In this document: piece after piece, positions 58,068 through 64,000 of the stretch
How positions within the stretch are numbered: position 1 is the stretch's first letter
Layout of the letters: the number at the start of each line of letters is the position of its first letter
Source of the DNA: a virus
Taxonomy: Duplodnaviria > Heunggongvirae > Uroviricota > Caudoviricetes
Length of the DNA: 64,000 bases
Virus record (IMG/VR): IMGVR_UViG_3300017987_005500
Strand: one strand, 5' to 3'
Translations under genes and position numbers: made by a program
Notes under the pieces: model-generated
Databases searched by the model: none
Seen by the model: the letters and a program-made list of their open reading frames with translations, nothing else
Told to the model about the DNA's origin: nothing

Positions 58068-61000
58068 AAGTGATTAACCCAAACTTTGTGCTTGATGAAG
58101 AAAATAATATTTTCAGGATTCGAGAAAATGAATTTGGGTCACTTGAGTCCACAATTCGGGAGATGCTAAAACCGGCCGAAGCGCTTGGATTTAGTGTCCC
58201 CGAGTTCGGGATTCGTGATTCAAGGTTTTCGTCACGAGATCTTGCAAGAACAGTAAAACAGAAATTAGTTATTAAATTAGCTAAGGGAGAACATGTTTTA
58301 GATCTCTCAATGGATATTCCAAAATTGATTGATGGAAATTATATCATCATAAATGGAAAACAGAAGATCCCTCAATTTCAATTATTTGATGTTCCAATTG
58401 TAACTCGTGGTAAAAATATAAAAATAAGAACAAATGTAGCAACTGTCGTAGTTGTCCCTAAGAAAGAAGAACCATATATTCATATTACTTTCTTAGGAAA
58501 AATGGTTCCTTTATCATTAATGTTATTTGCATATTTTGGAATTGAAGAAGTAAATAGAAAATTTAACTTAAGTTCTCAAACACCAGCTGACACAATTCCA
58601 ACAAATATGTATGATAAATTGATATCTGATTTAACAATGTTCTATGCTGAATCAGATGGTTATACTCAAGATGACTTTATCAAAGAAGTGGGAAGAATTT
58701 ATTCTCAGTATAACTCAAAATCAAAAGGTGAAGATGTTATGTACGCCTTAGATTTGATAATGGAAACTGATACAATATCAAAGAAACTCTTTATCACAGA
58801 TACTATATTGGATGAAGTTGTTTATGCAATTGAGCACCCTGACGATTTTGATGACACAGACTTTATCAATAAGAGAATAAGATGTTATGAATATATTCTT
58901 TTATCAAAAATATCCAAATATATATTTGACTTATGTATGTCAAATAGGACTGCGAGACAACCGAAATTTAATGTAAATTCAACAAAGATATTATCAGAGT
59001 GTAATGTATCTGACATTGTCCAATTTGATTTTTCAATAAATCCAGTTGAAGAACTTACAAGACTTTCAAGAACAAGTCTCATAGGTCCGGGTGGTTTTAA
59101 AAGAGAAAATGTTCCAGAGCATCTTAGAGATATTTCAAATAGTATGTTTGGCAGAGTTTGCTCAGTTGATACTCCTGATAGAGATAACTGTGGAATATTA
59201 CAAAACTTAGTACCAAATGTTAAACTTGATGAAAATTTGAAATTCACAGATGAAATATTAGAGAAGCAACCCATTTCAATTCCAGTTGCAATGGTACCTT
59301 TCTCAGAGCATGATGATCAAACCAGACTTCAAATGGCATCATCTCAAATGAGACAATCTGTATTAACAAAAAGTTTTGATTCACCTGATGTATATTCTGG
59401 GAGTGAATGGTTATATTCAAAAGAAACCCAGTTTTTGAAAGCAGCAAAGAAAGATGGTGAAGTTGTTTATACAGATGATAATTATATAATTGTTGTCTAT
59501 GATGATAATGAAGTTGATATAATCAATGTTTCTTATAGAAAGATATATGTAGGAAATATGGATTGGATGAAAATATATGTGAAGCAAGGAGATAAAGTTA
59601 AGAAAAATGATATTCTTGCTGAGAGTATGTTTATGAATGATGGTAAAATCAACTTTGGTCGAAAGTTGTTAACTGCTGTAATTCCTTATTTTGGATATAA
59701 CTATGAGGACGGAATTGTTATATCTGATAGAATAGTTGAGGATGATGTTTTCACTTCAATGCATTATGTTGATTTATCATTTACAATTCCACCAAATAAA
59801 GTTTTATTAAGTTTATCTAATGATGGTGAATATAAACCATTACCTGAAGTTAAAGATCCTGGAGGAGGAAAACCTATAATTCATGATAGGATAGGAGTTG
59901 GAAAACCTTATGCTATAATGAAAGATATTAATTCAGGTATACATTGTTATAGTGTATTTGATGAAGAAATTAAACTGACCGCTAAAAAACAAGTGTTAAT
60001 CTCAGAGGTTAATATTTACCCGAACACTTGGAACACTGAAATGCCTCAATATGACAAATGGGTTAAAGATAAAATTGAAAGTCAAAAGAAAAAGCAAAAA
60101 GACTTTCTTAAAATGTTAAAAGATTATATACCAAAATCTCAAATGAGTAAAATTATAAGAGAGGAAGGACTTAATAAATTCTCTCAAGTTGGAAAATATA
60201 GATATAAGAGAGAAGAGATAAATGGTATTCATATTGAGATGTATGGGATTTTTGAAAGAAAAATAAATCCTGGTGATAAGATTGCAAATCGACATGGTAA
60301 TAAAGGTGTTATTTCAAAGATAATGCCAAGAGAAAAAATGCCAAAACTTCCTGATGGGAGACACGTGGATATTTGTATCAACCCACTTGGTATTATAAGC
60401 AGGATGAATATAGGACAAATATTTGAGTTGCATCTCTCAATGTCCGTAAATGATTTAAGACAAAAGATGTTAGAGTCATTGAAAAATGGCGGAAAAAGAG
60501 AAGACCTTATCAATTATTTCCTTGGTTATATCAAATGCATTGACAATACTGAGAATAATTGGTATACTACACAAATGGTGGAGAAGCTAAAAGATATTGA
60601 AATTGACGAAGATTTCATCAATAACATATTTGTAATTCAACCTCCATTTGAATCAGTGACATTAGAGATGCTTGATCAGGCAATGCAATATACAAATACG
60701 GACTACGATTATAAATTACTTGATCCAATGTCAAAAAGTGAAATATTCAATGATATCGCAGTCGGGTATATATATTTCTTTAAAATGGTCCATATTGCTG
60801 AAAACAGATTAGCAGCAAGAGGAATTGGATCTTACTCAAGAAAGACTTTGCAACCTCTTGGGGGAAGAAGGAATAAAGGTGGGCAGAGATCTGGAGAAAT
60901 GGAAATGGCATGTTTAATAGGTCATGACGCTGCCACAAACTTAAATGAATTTACGACTACGAAGTCAGACTGCATTGATAGGAAAAATAGATATATCAGA

Positions 61001-61120
61001 GCAGAGATTGAGTCTACAGAGTTTGACCCAGATAAAGATGATGATGGATGCAATATTGCTGAGTCAGTTCTCTTATTTGAATCATCTCTAATATGTGTAG
61101 GACTTGATCCAAAGGATTAA
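58064..61120 (+). CDS. rpoB: Multisubunit RNA polymerase beta-like subunit, copy 2
   Basis: GPGG, DTPDRDNCG, PFSEHDDQTRLQMASSQMRQ, GYNYEDG, GDKIANRHGNKG, INPLG...RMNIGQ, GGQRSGEME. Confidence 0.96.
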   Translation: MKVINPNFVLDEENNIFRIRENEFGSLESTIREMLKPAEALGFSVPEFGIRDSRFSSRDLARTVKQKLVIKLAKGEHVLDLSMDIPKLIDGNYIIINGKQKIPQFQLFDVPIVTRGKNIKIRTNVATVVVVPKKEEPYIHITFLGKMVPLSLMLFAYFGIEEVNRKFNLSSQTPADTIPTNMYDKLISDLTMFYAESDGYTQDDFIKEVGRIYSQYNSKSKGEDVMYALDLIMETDTISKKLFITDTILDEVVYAIEHPDDFDDTDFINKRIRCYEYILLSKISKYIFDLCMSNRTARQPKFNVNSTKILSECNVSDIVQFDFSINPVEELTRLSRTSLIGPGGFKRENVPEHLRDISNSMFGRVCSVDTPDRDNCGILQNLVPNVKLDENLKFTDEILEKQPISIPVAMVPFSEHDDQTRLQMASSQMRQSVLTKSFDSPDVYSGSEWLYSKETQFLKAAKKDGEVVYTDDNYIIVVYDDNEVDIINVSYRKIYVGNMDWMKIYVKQGDKVKKNDILAESMFMNDGKINFGRKLLTAVIPYFGYNYEDGIVISDRIVEDDVFTSMHYVDLSFTIPPNKVLLSLSNDGEYKPLPEVKDPGGGKPIIHDRIGVGKPYAIMKDINSGIHCYSVFDEEIKLTAKKQVLISEVNIYPNTWNTEMPQYDKWVKDKIESQKKKQKDFLKMLKDYIPKSQMSKIIREEGLNKFSQVGKYRYKREEINGIHIEMYGIFERKINPGDKIANRHGNKGVISKIMPREKMPKLPDGRHVDICINPLGIISRMNIGQIFELHLSMSVNDLRQKMLESLKNGGKREDLINYFLGYIKCIDNTENNWYTTQMVEKLKDIEIDEDFINNIFVIQPPFESVTLEMLDQAMQYTNTDYDYKLLDPMSKSEIFNDIAVGYIYFFKMVHIAENRLAARGIGSYSRKTLQPLGGRRNKGGQRSGEMEMACLIGHDAATNLNEFTTTKSDCIDRKNRYIRAEIESTEFDPDKDDDGCNIAESVLLFESSLICVGLDPKD

Positions 61121-61122
61121 AT

Positions 61123-61473
61123 ATGAAAAATGACGAGCTAATTATACAAGCCGAGAAAGATATACGATACATATATGAGCAGATGTTAAACATACTTAAG
61201 CGATATGAGCAAAAAGATGTTATTAATGAAATGACATTCTTTATAAATGATGATAATATTGCTTCAGGGTTTGTACGAAAAGGAAATATGACAGATACTT
61301 TATATCAACAAAATATTCAAGCAGTAGGTAAAGACTTAAAACCAAAAATAACAGTGATGGTGAGTAACGGACATATGTCTGTTGCTCACCATCCATCTAA
61401 ATTAACTTCCGTTTTTGTTCAGAAAAATCCAGAAACTGATAAATCGTCGGAAGGGTGGGAGGAAATATGGTAG
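61123..61473 (+). CDS. Hypothetical protein
   Basis: Coupled ORF. Confidence 0.45.
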   Translation: MKNDELIIQAEKDIRYIYEQMLNILKRYEQKDVINEMTFFINDDNIASGFVRKGNMTDTLYQQNIQAVGKDLKPKITVMVSNGHMSVAHHPSKLTSVFVQKNPETDKSSEGWEEIW

Positions 61474-62342
61474 ATGAACTTCCTGATATTCAGGAAAGTA
61501 GACCAATGATCGAAATTCCAATACAACAAGTTGGAGTTGAAAATGTTGAAGTTCCATTTACTCTTCAATCCAGAGATGGATTGGCAGGACTTCATACTCT
61601 CAATGCAAATGTTTCAATGAGGACAGATATTGCTGAAGATGTCAAAGGTGTTTCAATGTCAAGATTTATTGGAACTCTTAGAGATTATTTAGGAAAACCT
61701 CTAAAACATAAAATGATTTATGACATATTAAAAGACATGAAAAAGAATATGGGAACTTCATCTGCATATATGAAATTTGATTTTAAATTTCCTAAGATAA
61801 GACAATCTCCAGCTTCTTTAAATTCATTTCCTTTATTTTATAAATGTAGTTTTGAAGGACAGGTGAGTGAAGTATATCTAGGTCCTGAATTTGTAGACAA
61901 ATTTAAATTTTATCAAGGGGTTACAGTTCAATATGCATCATATTGTCCATGTTCATCTGAATTATGTAATCATTTAAGAGACCAAGCTAAAACTGGGTTT
62001 CCTCATGCACAAAGATCATTTGCTCATGTATTGGTTGAAACTAAAGAACCTAATTATGTCTGGTTGGAAGATGTAATTGATACAGTTGAAAATTCAATTG
62101 CAACATTACCTTATCCAATTATTAAAAGACCTGATGAACAAAAGATTGCTGAAATCGCGGCAAATAATCCAATCTTTGTTGAAGATGCAATAAGACAGAT
62201 AAGTCAAGCATTAAATGACAATGATAAATATTATGATTGGATAGTGAAATGTGTTCATGAGGAAAGTATTCATACAAGTGAGGCAATTGCTATGAACTGG
62301 AAAGGAATTCTCAATGGATTCAACGGAAGCTTTTATCTCTAA
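61455..62342 (+). CDS. folE2: GTP cyclohydrolase FolE2 (type IB); likely start MVDE at 61467
   Basis: LPDIQ, I.QVGV, KGVSMSR, CPCS, HAQRS, KRPDE, NPIFVED.IR, ESIH. Confidence 0.92.
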   Translation: MGGNMVDELPDIQESRPMIEIPIQQVGVENVEVPFTLQSRDGLAGLHTLNANVSMRTDIAEDVKGVSMSRFIGTLRDYLGKPLKHKMIYDILKDMKKNMGTSSAYMKFDFKFPKIRQSPASLNSFPLFYKCSFEGQVSEVYLGPEFVDKFKFYQGVTVQYASYCPCSSELCNHLRDQAKTGFPHAQRSFAHVLVETKEPNYVWLEDVIDTVENSIATLPYPIIKRPDEQKIAEIAANNPIFVEDAIRQISQALNDNDKYYDWIVKCVHEESIHTSEAIAMNWKGILNGFNGSFYL

Positions 62343-63803
62343 TTATAATACTAAAAAAGGATTTAGAAAGAAATTGTCAGAAGTTTTAGGGATGCCAAAA
62401 GTAAAACCATCGTCACCAATTCCTTTTAATAATATGCTTGAATGGGTTGAAAAGCAAAATATAATAATTGGTTTTAGTAACGATGGTATTACAATTTCTA
62501 AAAATAGAGTTACTCATACATCGGGACAGTTTACATTAACTGAATTATTATACTTTATAGCTCATTATTTATATACTGAGATGGAGACTGTTTCAGATAT
62601 GTTTAATGAAGTTGTAATAGAAGACATTATTGAAAAGATTCAAGAATTATCAGATGAACATCTTTCTGGGAGAACCTTATGAAAAGACCAACATGGGGAA
62701 TTCCTTTAGGAAAAAAGATTAAAGGTATGTGGAATCCATATAATAGGATGAAAACCAAAAGTGATGGAATTGAATATACTAAGACTTATGAAATTGTTGA
62801 CAGTGAAAAAATGACATTGAGAAAAGGAGATGTATTTCAATTCAGAACTTCGATTCCTAATAAGTTTCCAAATTATGCAGTTGGAGAATTTGCAGTCATT
62901 CTTGAAAGATATAAAATAACAAAATTTAAAAATCATACTTATAATGATTATGGTTCTGTGGTAATGATGTTAACAGGAAAAAAGAAAGGACATATATTCA
63001 AAGTCCAATCTGCAAAGATAAGTGTAAGTGAACGATTAACATTTTAAGGAGAAAGAATGGAATCTGATAAGGTGATAGAGCTATATTTAAAAGAAAGAGA
63101 ATATCAAAAGCGAGTATTTGGAGATTATAAAAATATCTCAGTTTTAAATCTCGCTAGCTTTCTTTTATTACATAGAGAGTATGTTCAAAAAGCAGAAAAT
63201 ATGTATGCTCAACAATGGGACAATGATTTACCACCATGGTTGGGAAACTGTAGAGAGCATGAAATACAAGGAACTGCTCCAGTTAAAACATATGAAGCAA
63301 TTATTAAAAACTTTGCTTTACATGGAGCTGCGATTGAAACATTTACTTCAATTAATCCAAGTATGTGGAGATTTGGAGAAGACATTAAACCAAAATGGAA
63401 GATTTAAGGAGGATTTACATTGACTGAGGAAAAATCTGATAATGAAATTACAATTGCAGAAAAGACTGACAAAGAGACAATTTCTGGAAAATTTCAAACG
63501 ACTGAAGAAGTTACTGCAAATAAACCATATGAAGATGATAAAGAACCTATTAAGGTTGCTGTGGTTGGAGACAACTCAAATGCAAGTATAATTAAAGAGG
63601 CAATGAAAGACAAAAATATAAAGACTGTCGAAATGCCTTATGAAACCAACCTGGCAAACGAAGAACAAATAGCAAAGAATAAAGAAGATGTTTTACCTCC
63701 TATGGGTGCTAAGTTTATGATAGCAGGCAAAGAATATAAAGTCTGTTATATAAATGCTGGAAAGAAAAGATTTTCAGCAGAACCTTGTAAAGGTGGGTAT
63801 TAA
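62314..63803 (+). CDS. Four hypothetical proteins (62314-62682, 62679-63047, 63057-63407, 63420-63803)
   Basis: Coupled ORFs; 63057 has an ER.YQ..FG start and helical pattern weakly reminiscent of MazG-like phage proteins. Confidence 0.45.
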
Positions 63804-63836
63804 ACAAAACGCGAATCAATTAAAGGAGAAAAAAGA

Positions 63837-64000
63837 ATGAATGACAATTTGGCAGCAATGGTAACTGAGGATCCTGAAGCAAATGAAGCAGCAGCAATTC
63901 CTGAGGAAACAACTGAGGAAACAGCTACTGAAGCTGGGGAAGAAACTCAACAACCAGACGAACAAGAAGCATCTTTTGACGTGACTGTAACTGCCTTATT
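63837..64000 (+). CDS. 3'-truncated acidic protein (MNDNLAAMVTEDPEANE...)
   Basis: RBS aaggag; frame is open to the window end. Confidence 0.55.
   Translation, partial: MNDNLAAMVTEDPEANEAAAIPEETTEETATEAGEETQQPDEQEASFDVTVTAL

Noticed and set aside
695-62936. All minus-strand ORFs and the short alternative-frame plus-strand ORFs in the track (e.g. 43480-44184, 46964-47356, 58885-59274)
   Set aside because: They lie inside well-supported + strand genes, lack RBSs and motifs, and look like antisense shadows of AT-rich coding sequence.
1-64000. Alternative genetic code (stop-codon reassignment)
   Set aside because: TAA, TAG and TGA all terminate genes cleanly, and conserved proteins are full length under code 11.

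Overview
This 64 kb window is AT-rich, densely coding, and all credible genes lie on the + strand with strong Shine-Dalgarno sites (standard code 11). It reads as part of a jumbo/huge myovirus-type phage genome, not a bacterial chromosome. Left to right: RecA/UvsX; a putative late block (KhpA-like KH protein, Cas4-like nuclease, gp53-like wedge, gp5/VgrG-like spike, PAAR, amidase); an operon with an AEP primase-polymerase, a receiver domain and a first unsplit RNA polymerase pair (beta'-beta); a replication/recombination and accessory region (SSB, MoxR-VWA pair, NADAR, topoisomerase II A/B, orphan Phd antitoxin, HNH-QueD fusion, UvsW-like helicase, SbcD/SbcC, HNH, radical SAM); a ubiquitin-like conjugation locus; a second unsplit RNA polymerase pair; and FolE2. 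The most striking element is the apparent phage-encoded ubiquitin-like system at 47.3-55.0 kb. Module 1 is a giant E2 (Prok-E2_D-like), a JAMM/JAB protease, an E1, and a Ubl ending in KG that is fused to a nucleic-acid-binding HeH/Rho-N-like domain. Module 2 is an E1 with a probable C-terminal beta-grasp plus an HPN-motif E2, and it runs directly into the second RNAP operon. Two classes of recurring intergenic motif look like phage-specific promoters for the two RNAPs. All assignments come from reading motifs by eye; no database search was run.
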